Origin: an uncultured Lachnospiraceae bacterium
GTDB taxonomy: Bacteria > Bacillota > Clostridia > Oscillospirales > CAG-272
Assembly (NCBI GenBank): GCA_964490165.1
Contig: CAZBAR010000004.1
Coordinates: 12,917-76,916, forward strand
Direction of reading: 5' to 3'
DNA length: 64,000 nt
Below the pieces are notes generated by a model. That model saw only the letters and a program-made list of their open reading frames with translations, was not told the DNA's origin and did not search any database. How positions within the stretch are numbered: the first letter of the stretch is position 1; every line of letters begins with the position of its first letter. Shown piece after piece: positions 52,109 through 59,659 of this stretch. Position numbers and translations under genes: made by a program.

Positions 52109-52390
52109 AACTTTCTTTTTCGTACCAAAAAGAAAGTTACAAAGAAAAGGGTATCCAAGAGGGAGGTATCCCTCTTGGAAAACTCCCTCTGACTTCCCTG
52201 CGGGAAGTATACGTTAGTATCAATCAAACGATATTGGGGCCATTGACCACTAACGCTCTGCTGTAAATCTCGTTATGCTTCCTCCGGAAGCTATAAGGAA
52301 AGTGGGATTTTCAAGGGAGAAAACGCAGTTGTCTCCCTTGAATGATTTTCTTTCGAGCTTTCTTTTTTCACAAAAAGAAAGCGACAAAAA
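52109..52390 (+). repeat. intergenic multi-hairpin repeat family B, copy 1 (longest)
   Basis: Bounded by hairpins CTTTCTTTTT-cgtacc-AAAAAGAAAG and CTTTCTTTTTT-cac-AAAAAGAAAG. Alignable with 57889..58096 and, inverted, with 55436..55560. Confidence 0.7.
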
Positions 52391-52415
52391 ATAGTTACAC
52401 TCCGACAATAAGCTT

Positions 52416-52685
52416 TTATTTCAGCTTAATGTCGTCGCTGTCACCGACTAACCATTCCATAGTAACATCCAATGCTTTTGCAAGCATACGCAGCTCTGCA
52501 TCGCATACATGACGCTGATTTTTCTCAATTCTTGATATGATAAGCGGAGTCATATCTTCCATTCCCATAAATTGAAGCTTTCTCGCAAGCTCTTCCTGTG
52601 TGATAGGCGGTTTTTGAAGTGCTCTGCCCAAACGCACTCTATCAGAACATATATTGCCTTTTATCGTAAACATATTTTTGCCCAT
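52416..52685 (-). CDS. XRE-family HTH transcriptional regulator
   Basis: ITQEELARKLQFMGMEDMTPLIISRIEKNQRHVCDAELRMLAKAL. AAGAGG lies 7 nt upstream of ATG at 52685. Confidence 0.75.
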   Translation of the reverse strand: MGKNMFTIKGNICSDRVRLGRALQKPPITQEELARKLQFMGMEDMTPLIISRIEKNQRHVCDAELRMLAKALDVTMEWLVGDSDDIKLK

Positions 52686-52834
52686 AAAGCAGCCTCTTAT
52701 TATTTTGTTACCCCATTTGGATATTCCCAATCAATACCATTCTATCATATGTAAGAATTTTATTCAATAATAATTTCAGAAATTGCCTTGAAATGATAAA
52801 ACGCAAAAAACTTATAAAATATTCACAAAAACTC

Positions 52835-52863
52835 TAGACTAAATAGATGTAATGTGGTATAAT
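52835..52863 (+). promoter_or_regulatory. promoter of hpf
   Basis: TAGACT-17 nt-TATAAT with TGg upstream (extended -10). Confidence 0.5.
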
Positions 52864-52931
52864 ATAACCGTAGGGAGCAAGGCTTAAATAAAGACTTGCA
52901 GCCTGAGTTTTAGAAAGGCATGGTTAGGATT

Positions 52932-53459
52932 ATGAAGATCACCATTAACGCACGCAGCAAGGTAAACGTTGACCGCGCTCTAAGCGATCACATTGAGAAG
53001 AAGCTTGCCAAGTTCGACAAGTTCTTCCCCAGAGAAGCAGAGGCAGCAGTAAAGCTTTCACGGGTGCGCGACATCGAGCGCGTTGAGGTGACGATATCGG
53101 CAGACTCACTGCTTCTTCGCAGTGAGGACGAAAGTTCTACCTTTATGAATGCGCTTGACTGTTGTATGTATTCACTGGAGAGACAGATAAGAAAGAATAA
53201 AACAAGGCTTGCAAAGAAGCTGAGAGATAATATACACATACCTGAGTATGAGACAGATGATGTGCCGGAGGAGGGCGAATTTGTTTTCCGCAAGAAGTCC
53301 TTCCCCATAAAGCCCATGACAGCCGAAGAGGCGGTGCTGCAAATGAATCTTATAGGACATGAATTTTTCGTATATAAGGATATAGACAGCGGCGAGACCT
53401 GCGCGGTCTATAAGCGCCACGACGGCGCATACGGATTGATCGTGCCGGAAAATACGTAA
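52932..53459 (+). CDS. hpf: ribosome hibernation-promoting factor (long form)
   Basis: MKITINARSKVNVDRALSDHIEKKLAKFDKFF.. and a C-terminal dimerisation domain (KPMTAEEAVLQMNLIGHEFFVYKD). Confidence 0.88.
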   Translation: MKITINARSKVNVDRALSDHIEKKLAKFDKFFPREAEAAVKLSRVRDIERVEVTISADSLLLRSEDESSTFMNALDCCMYSLERQIRKNKTRLAKKLRDNIHIPEYETDDVPEEGEFVFRKKSFPIKPMTAEEAVLQMNLIGHEFFVYKDIDSGETCAVYKRHDGAYGLIVPENT

Positions 53460-53469
53460 TCAGATGAAG

Positions 53470-53494
53470 AGTCGGGAAGCTTTGCTTCCCGGCT
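53470..53494 (+). other. hpf terminator hairpin, copy 1 (separated from its T-tract by the repeat insertion)
   Basis: AGTCGGGAAGC-tttg-CTTCCCGGCT is identical to 53720..53744 but is followed by CAGTCTGTCG rather than a T-run. Confidence 0.7.
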
Positions 53495-53719
53495 CAGTCT
53501 GTCGAAAAACTAAATGGCAGTAGCAAAATAACTAAAAGTTTTGGTCAAGCTTTTTCAAAAGCTTGCGGATTTTTAAGGCAGAGCCTTAAATCGCGCTCCG
53601 CAGAGCGCGAAATTCCTATGACTTCACGGAGTCCAGAGGGTTACCTCTGGTCGCGGCTCGCAAGCCGCGAAATCCCTTTTGTGAAGTTTGCTATTTCTGC
53701 GGACTTTTTCGACAACCTC
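53495..53719 (+). repeat. intergenic multi-hairpin repeat family A, full copy 1
   Basis: Ends CTGTCGAAAAA (53499) and TTTTTCGACAA (53705). Five internal hairpins at 53546-65, 53573-89, 53592-609, 53633-50 and 53653-68. Alignable over its full length with the inverted copy at 62987..63211. Confidence 0.75.
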
Positions 53720-53750
53720 AGTCGGGAAGCTTTGCTTCCCGGCTTTTTAA
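53720..53750 (+). terminator. hpf terminator hairpin, copy 2, with T-tract
   Basis: AGTCGGGAAGC-tttg-CTTCCCGGCT followed by TTTTAA. Confidence 0.7.
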
Positions 53751-53823
53751 TATTGCGGCTATTGACGGTACAATCAAAGTGTGGTACTATTTATATAAAT
53801 AATATCAGGTAGGTTTTCAAGGT

Positions 53824-54090
53824 ATGAAGCAAAAGCTGTTTATGCTGCTGAGGCTGTTTTTATGCTGTGCGTGTATTTTTATATTTATATATCTGTTAGT
53901 GTTTTTTTGGGGCTGGGATTTGATCGGGACCGGCGATCCTGTATTGACGGAGATCGTAGTATCTGTTGTTCTCGGTGCAGTATTTTTCGTATTGCTTGAA
54001 TGCTGCTTATCTCTCCACAAACGAATAACCGAGCTTGAAAATAGACTTGATGTGCTTGAAAAACTAAACGGAAGTGATAAAACCTTATGA
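53824..54090 (+). CDS. small membrane protein, hypothetical
   Basis: 88 aa with two hydrophobic helices and a C-terminal coiled coil. ATGA overlap with the MATE gene. Confidence 0.5.
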   Translation: MKQKLFMLLRLFLCCACIFIFIYLLVFFWGWDLIGTGDPVLTEIVVSVVLGAVFFVLLECCLSLHKRITELENRLDVLEKLNGSDKTL

Positions 54091-55427
54091 GCAGAAATCT
54101 TACAGAGGGCAGTGTTCTTAAAAATACCGTATTTTTTTCGCTGCCGTATATGCTGTCGTATTTTCTTCAGACGCTGTACGGTATGGCGGATCTGTTTATA
54201 ATAGGACAGTTTAATTCTACCGACAGCATTACCGCCGTTTCCGTGGGCAGCCAGATAATGCATATGGTAACGGTAATGATAGTCGGACTTGCCATGGGCG
54301 CTACCGTAACCATAGGTACGGCAGTAGGTGCGGGGGAAAACGGCAAGGCGTCACGTATCGTGGGCAATACCGCTGTTATTTTTATAGCGGGATCTGTGGT
54401 ACTGAGCGGTGTGCTTCTCCTTTTTACAAACAATATCGTAGGACTTATGTCCACTCCCGCAGAGGCGGTAGAGGGCACGGCGGCTTATCTCACTGTGTGC
54501 TTTATCGGTATTCCTTTTATTACTGCGTATAACGTTATAAGCTCTGTTTTCAGAGGTCTCGGAGACAGCAAAACTCCTACATATTTTGTCGCTGTTGCCT
54601 GTGTATGCAATATTGCGCTGGACTATCTTTTTATCGGTGCTCTGGATATGGGGCCTATGGGCGCTGCCCTCGGTACTACACTTTCTCAAACCGTTAGTGT
54701 AATTTTGTCCCTTGCGGTGATATGTATAAAAAAGACGGGAATAAGCCTTAAAAAAGGCGATTTCAGGCTGCACGGAGATACGGTAAAGCCAATAATAAAA
54801 ATAGGTGTACCTGTGGCATTGCAGGACGGCTTTATACAGATAGCTTTTATTGTTATTACGATCATCGCCAACCGCCGCGGACTTAACGACGCCGCTGCCG
54901 TCGGTATTGTGGAAAAGTTCATCGGTATACTGTTTATAGTTCCGTCATCTATGCTGGCGGCTGTGTCTGCGCTGGCGGCACAGAATATCGGTGCAAAAAG
55001 GTTTGACAGAGCGAGAAAGACCTTGTGGTATGCTGTTATGATGACTGTGGGCTTCGGCGTTGTCAGCTCGGTCATAGCGCAGATAGCCGCACCTCAGATC
55101 CTCGGCATATTCGAGGATAACGCAGAGGTCATACGCCTCGGCTCGCAGTATCTCAGGGGATATATATGGGACTGCATTTTTGCCGGTATCCATTTTTGCT
55201 TCAGCGGATATTTCTGCGCTGTGGGGCGCAGCGGCATATCGTTTTTTCACAACGTTATGTCCATTGTCTTTGTCCGTGTTCCCGTTGCGTATTTTATGTC
55301 GTCAGCGTTTGATGATACGCTGTTTCCCATGGGTACGGCAGCGCCCCTCGGATCGCTGCTGTCAGTGATAATCTGCGCTGTGGCGTATTTGCTGATAACA
55401 AGACGCAGTAATAGGGCGTTAAATTAA
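54087..55427 (+). CDS. MATE-family efflux transporter
   Basis: 446 aa with 12 predicted helices. N-terminus LTEGSVLKNTVFFSLPYMLSYFLQTLYGMADLFIIGQ. Confidence 0.88.
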   Translation: MSRNLTEGSVLKNTVFFSLPYMLSYFLQTLYGMADLFIIGQFNSTDSITAVSVGSQIMHMVTVMIVGLAMGATVTIGTAVGAGENGKASRIVGNTAVIFIAGSVVLSGVLLLFTNNIVGLMSTPAEAVEGTAAYLTVCFIGIPFITAYNVISSVFRGLGDSKTPTYFVAVACVCNIALDYLFIGALDMGPMGAALGTTLSQTVSVILSLAVICIKKTGISLKKGDFRLHGDTVKPIIKIGVPVALQDGFIQIAFIVITIIANRRGLNDAAAVGIVEKFIGILFIVPSSMLAAVSALAAQNIGAKRFDRARKTLWYAVMMTVGFGVVSSVIAQIAAPQILGIFEDNAEVIRLGSQYLRGYIWDCIFAGIHFCFSGYFCAVGRSGISFFHNVMSIVFVRVPVAYFMSSAFDDTLFPMGTAAPLGSLLSVIICAVAYLLITRRSNRALN

Positions 55428-55435
55428 AAAATATC

Positions 55436-55560
55436 AAAGAGGGAGGCTTGCCTCCCTCTTTGGCATTGCCCAACGGCTTCATTAAGGAGGGAACCTTATA
55501 AGCCCCCATATTGATTGATAGATACTAACGTGTGCTTCTCCCTTTGGAGAAGCAAAAAAT
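55436..55560 (-). repeat. diverged, inverted partial copy of repeat family B
   Basis: The reverse complement contains CTTCTCC-aaag-GGAGAAG CACACGTTAGTATCTATCAATCAATATGGGGGC. This matches B1 CTTCCC-tgc-GGGAAG TATACGTTAGTATCAATCAAACGATATTGGGGCC. Confidence 0.55.
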
Positions 55561-55667
55561 TTAATAAAAATTCAAAAAAATCTCAAAAATCTCTTGAAGT
55601 TCATATGAACCTGTGATATAATCAATTAAACTCAAAGTGAAAGCGAGACTTTCGGAAAGGAAAATTT

Positions 55668-56567
55668 ATGACACTTGAGCTTAGAAACATCCACAAAAGC
55701 TTCGGCGAGAAAAAAGTGCTGGAGGGTGTGACCGTCAGTGCCGAGGGCGGAGCCGCATTCGGACTTCTCGGCAGAAACGGAGCGGGAAAAACAACGTCTA
55801 TACGTATACTTATGAACGTTTTTCCGTCAGACGGCGGCGAGGTGCTTATAGACGGCGCGCCCATTGACTACAGCAAGGTCGGTATCGGATATCTGCCTGA
55901 GGAGAGGGGACTTTATCCGAAGAAAAAGATAATCGAACAGTTAGTGTATTTTGCCCGTCTTAAAGGTATGAACACTGCCGACGCTGTCGCTGCCATTGAC
56001 TATTGGCTGGAGAGACTGGAAATGTCTCAGTACAGAAACAAGAGGCTGGACACACTGTCAAAGGGCAACCAGCAGAAAATACAGCTTGTAACTGCACTGG
56101 CTCATAACCCCGATATTATAATACTTGACGAGCCTTTTTCGGGACTTGACCCTGTAAACGCCATGCTTCTGAAGGATATTGTAAGGGAAGAAATAGGGCG
56201 CGGCAAAATAGTTCTGTTTTCAAGCCATCAGATGAATTATATTGAGGAGTTTTGCGACAGGATAGCAATACTTAAAAACGGCAAGGTCGCGCTGACAGGC
56301 GACCTGCACGATATCAAGCGCTCATATCCCAGAGACAGGCTGACAGTTCGCAGCGAGGAGGCGGAGCGTATTGCGGCAGAGCGTGAGGACAGCCGTCTTA
56401 TATCCCCGCGAGAGGTCGTTGTTTCGCTGCCCTCTCCCGATAAAAAGAGAGAGTGCGTAATAGCGCTTGCCGAAAAATACGACATTGATGAGATAAAGGT
56501 ATTTGAACCGACACTTAACGATATATTTGTTGAGTACGCGGGAGACGACGAAAAGGAGGGCAAGTAA
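55668..56567 (+). CDS. ABC transporter ATP-binding protein (NatA/ABC-2 type)
   Basis: Walker A GRNGAGKTT, signature LSKGNQQKIQL, Walker B IIILDEPFSGLD. Confidence 0.88.
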   Translation: MTLELRNIHKSFGEKKVLEGVTVSAEGGAAFGLLGRNGAGKTTSIRILMNVFPSDGGEVLIDGAPIDYSKVGIGYLPEERGLYPKKKIIEQLVYFARLKGMNTADAVAAIDYWLERLEMSQYRNKRLDTLSKGNQQKIQLVTALAHNPDIIILDEPFSGLDPVNAMLLKDIVREEIGRGKIVLFSSHQMNYIEEFCDRIAILKNGKVALTGDLHDIKRSYPRDRLTVRSEEAERIAAEREDSRLISPREVVVSLPSPDKKRECVIALAEKYDIDEIKVFEPTLNDIFVEYAGDDEKEGK

Positions 56568-56568
56568 T

Positions 56569-57861
56569 ATGAAGCAATTTGGAACGATACTGGGCTTTGA
56601 GCTTAAAAATTACTTGAAAAACAAGATATTCATCGGCGTAACTTTGTTTCTTGTGGCAGTTATAGCACTTGTAATGTTTGTACCTGCTATACTTGATGCT
56701 GATACTGACATAGAGCAAGCGCCGGTACCGGACAGCACAGGCGAGGTCATTGATGCAGGCGACGCGGCGCCAGTTGAAGCAAACGAAGGTGCACCTGTGA
56801 TGCTTATAGTTTTTGAAGACAGTGAGGGCGCTGAGCTTATACGTCAGACCTTTGCCGGGGTATTCTCAGACTACAGCGTGCAGATTGCCGACAGCAGCGT
56901 TGAAGATATAAAAGCGCAGATAACGGGCGGTGAAGCAGAGTGCGCGTTTGTTTTCTCCTCGCTTACCTCATACACCTACTATGTTGAAAATCTCGGAATA
57001 TATGACGACATTACAATGGTGGCAGATGAGCTGCTTGAAAGCCTGTACCGTGTCAGCGCTATGACTCAGAACGGCATAAGCGCAGATGCTGCTGCCGAGA
57101 TAATGTCCGTTCAGGTAATGCATGAGACAGAGACCTTGGGCAAGGATCAGATGCTGAACTTTTTCTACACTTATATAATGATATTTGCCCTTTATATGGT
57201 CATACTTCTTTACGGACAAATGGTGGCGACCAATGTTGCAACTGAAAAAAGCTCGCGTGCAATGGAGGTGCTTATTACCAGCGCAAATCCTACCTCTATG
57301 ATGTTCGGAAAGGTCATAGCCTCCTGCCTTGCAGGACTTATACAGCTTGTTTGCATATTCGGCTCAGCCTTTGTATGCTTTAATCTTAACAAGTCATATT
57401 GGGGTGACAATATGATAGTAAGATCTATATTTGATATGCCTGCAGACCTGCTTTTGTATATGCTTCTGTTTTTCATGCTGGGCTTCTTTATATATGCGTT
57501 TATGTACGGCGCAGTAGGATCAACGGCGTCAAAGCTTGAGGACATAAATACATCGGTAATGCCCATAACGATGCTGTTTATAGTAGCATTCTTTGTAGTA
57601 ATGTTTTCAATGTCCAGCGGTAATATAGACAATATAATAATGAAGGTATGCTCTTTTGTGCCCTTCACCTCGCCTATGGCGATGTTTACGCGAATAGCTA
57701 TGAGTACGGTAGCGCCGTGGGAGATAATAGTTTCGGTGATTATTCTTATAGGCTCCGTATTCGGCATAGGAGTGCTGGCGGCAAAGATATATCGCGTAGG
57801 AGTGCTTTTGTACGGATCTTCTCCCAAGCTTAGTTCTGTGATAAGAAGTATAAGAAAATAA
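56569..57861 (+). CDS. ABC-2 family permease (NatB-like, large extracytoplasmic loop)
   Basis: Starts at ATG 56569, 1 nt after the ATPase stop. N-terminal TM helix, a ~170-aa loop, then 5 C-terminal helices. Confidence 0.8.
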   Translation: MKQFGTILGFELKNYLKNKIFIGVTLFLVAVIALVMFVPAILDADTDIEQAPVPDSTGEVIDAGDAAPVEANEGAPVMLIVFEDSEGAELIRQTFAGVFSDYSVQIADSSVEDIKAQITGGEAECAFVFSSLTSYTYYVENLGIYDDITMVADELLESLYRVSAMTQNGISADAAAEIMSVQVMHETETLGKDQMLNFFYTYIMIFALYMVILLYGQMVATNVATEKSSRAMEVLITSANPTSMMFGKVIASCLAGLIQLVCIFGSAFVCFNLNKSYWGDNMIVRSIFDMPADLLLYMLLFFMLGFFIYAFMYGAVGSTASKLEDINTSVMPITMLFIVAFFVVMFSMSSGNIDNIIMKVCSFVPFTSPMAMFTRIAMSTVAPWEIIVSVIILIGSVFGIGVLAAKIYRVGVLLYGSSPKLSSVIRSIRK

Positions 57862-57888
57862 GTTTATTTTTGGTATCTATTTTATTTT

Positions 57889-58096
57889 AACTTTCTTTTG
57901 CTACCCAAAAGAAAGTTACAAAGAAAAGGGTATCCAAGAGGGAAGAATCCCTCTTGGAAAACTCCCTCTTACTTCCCTGCGGGAAGTACACCTTAGTTTC
58001 AAGCAAACAATATTGAGGCTATTGACCACTAACGATTTGCTGTAAACTTCGTAATGCATTCTCAGAAAGCAAAAAGAAAGCGTAAAATTAACTTCT
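57889..58096 (+). repeat. intergenic multi-hairpin repeat family B, copy 2 (internally deleted relative to copy 1)
   Basis: AACTTTCTTTTGCTACCCAAAAGAAAGTTACAAAGAAAAGGGTATCCAAGAGGGAAGAATCCCTCTTGGAAAACTCCCTCTTACTTCCCTGCGGGAAGT... is collinear with 52109..52390. Confidence 0.7.
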
Positions 58097-58103
58097 TCTC
58101 CCT

Positions 58104-58143
58104 GACGCAAAAAACGCCCGTAAAAACGGGCGTTTTTTGCGTC
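58104..58143. terminator. bidirectional intrinsic terminator
   Basis: GACGCAAAAAACGCCCG-taaaaa-CGGGCGTTTTTTGCGTC. It overlaps the stop codon of the DUF4340 gene. Confidence 0.75.
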
Positions 58144-59659
58144 AATACTTATCGTGAGCGGTAACGGTCTCACCGTTCAGCACTTTTACAGTATCGTTTT
58201 CGATCTTTTTTATCAGATCGGTAAGCACATAGAATTCTCCCACTCCGTTTACCGTCATAAGCGATCGGCGCGCGGAATACGGATAAAAGCGCAGTGTCGT
58301 TGTTTTATTTGCCAGTGTAGTATACTCAAAGGTGAGATAAGCGCTGTCGGTATCAAGTGCAAGGGCTTCAAGCTCTTCCTCGCTGAGGGGGCAGAATTCG
58401 TCATCCTTACAGTAGCCGCCGATAGCTATAGACAGCAGCGATTTATAATACTGTCGGAAATTATCGCACATAGACTCCGGAATCTCTGATCCGTTTGCAT
58501 TGACGTGAAGCACTTCTTTATCATCGTCGCTGATAGAGTGGCTTAGCTTAAAATCCGCTGCGACATTGTTTGTCGAGATCTTAATGTCAGATATATTCGT
58601 AATGTACTGCTGGAAAATATATTCGTCTATCCAGTCTATAAGCTCATATTCGAGGTACTCAAATTTTTCTGCGTCGCATATGCCGATGACATCGGGATAA
58701 AGATTGGAATAAGCGTAGTATATTCCGTCGCGCTTCTCGCTGAAGCACAGCTCGTACTGTATATTCTTGTAGTCAAGAGTGATCCGGTGGGCAGGGTTTG
58801 ACAGTCCTGTCGCTGTCATATCCTCGGCTGTTGCACCTAATTTGTAGCAGCTTGACGCGGTAAGGTTCATATATGCGTATATGACCTCGTAATATTCCGT
58901 AGAGTTGGGATAATATGCCGTCGGGTAGTCCATAATGTTTTCAGCCAGCGCGTCGGGATTTCTCTGATCCTTTTTATCAAGCAGGCGAATACGCATCATC
59001 ATTTCTTCATCGTGATAAACGGTGAAGTTGTCGCAAACATAGTAGTCGTCCTTTGATATTCCGGCTACAAGCACAGGGGTCACATAGTCCTCTATGGGAC
59101 ACAGCACGGTGTCATATATCTCAGTTCCCAACACATATACGCTGCGTCTGCCTTCAGGCATACAGTAATATCCGCCGCCGGTCAGCAGCCTGTCTCCGAC
59201 AAGTATTTTATAAACATTTCCTTTCTTGTCTGTAACAGTCCAGCTTGCCTTCGGCTCGTCAAGTCCGTATTCGGCGATCTTCTCGTCTGAGAGAGATGAG
59301 CCGACCTTTGACTTGGACAGCGTATTGGAGGTTACATTTATAAGTGTTGCAAGCAGCTCCTGGCTGTAAGCGACTGTTTCGTGACCTTTGATGACATAGC
59401 CGTTGTCGGTATTGTTAAAGGTGAAGCTGCCGTACTCGTTATCAACCTTTATGGAGTCGATCTCATCACGGGTAAGATGGGCAAACATAAACAGTCTGCC
59501 GTTGACCGAGACGGACTCTCCCTCTTCCGTTTCAACGGGCTCGGTCTCTTCTGCCTCTGAGTCGGCAACCGTAAGAGGTCTGATAAAGATAAAATACGAA
59601 ACAGAGGCAAGCACCAGCAGTGCGGCGAATACCGCAATTAAAATATTCTGCCGCTTCAT
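58142..59659 (-). CDS. DUF4340-like membrane-anchored protein
   Basis: The start is set at ATG 59659 (AAGGAG 9 nt upstream; ATGA overlap with the upstream stop), giving MKRQNILIAVFAALLVLASVSYFIF. It has the usual partner position after GldG-type genes. Confidence 0.7.
   Translation of the reverse strand: MKRQNILIAVFAALLVLASVSYFIFIRPLTVADSEAEETEPVETEEGESVSVNGRLFMFAHLTRDEIDSIKVDNEYGSFTFNNTDNGYVIKGHETVAYSQELLATLINVTSNTLSKSKVGSSLSDEKIAEYGLDEPKASWTVTDKKGNVYKILVGDRLLTGGGYYCMPEGRRSVYVLGTEIYDTVLCPIEDYVTPVLVAGISKDDYYVCDNFTVYHDEEMMMRIRLLDKKDQRNPDALAENIMDYPTAYYPNSTEYYEVIYAYMNLTASSCYKLGATAEDMTATGLSNPAHRITLDYKNIQYELCFSEKRDGIYYAYSNLYPDVIGICDAEKFEYLEYELIDWIDEYIFQQYITNISDIKISTNNVAADFKLSHSISDDDKEVLHVNANGSEIPESMCDNFRQYYKSLLSIAIGGYCKDDEFCPLSEEELEALALDTDSAYLTFEYTTLANKTTTLRFYPYSARRSLMTVNGVGEFYVLTDLIKKIENDTVKVLNGETVTAHDKY

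Noticed and set aside
52755-52931. A raiA-motif RNA associated with the hpf (raiA-family) gene.
   Set aside because: The leader from the predicted promoter to the hpf start is only ~65 nt, too short for the ~200-nt motif. The structured element downstream of hpf is a multi-copy repeat found at unrelated loci, so I do not equate it with raiA RNA. A cmscan would settle this.
53495-53719. A CRISPR array or other regularly spaced repeat structure.
   Set aside because: The hairpins are not identical direct repeats separated by unique spacers of constant length. There are no cas genes in the window, and the whole block recurs as a unit elsewhere.
53618-54263. ORFs 53618..53812 (+) and 53817..54263 (-) near hpf and the MATE gene.
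   Set aside because: The first is read through the family A hairpin array. The second is antisense to the small membrane ORF and the MATE start.
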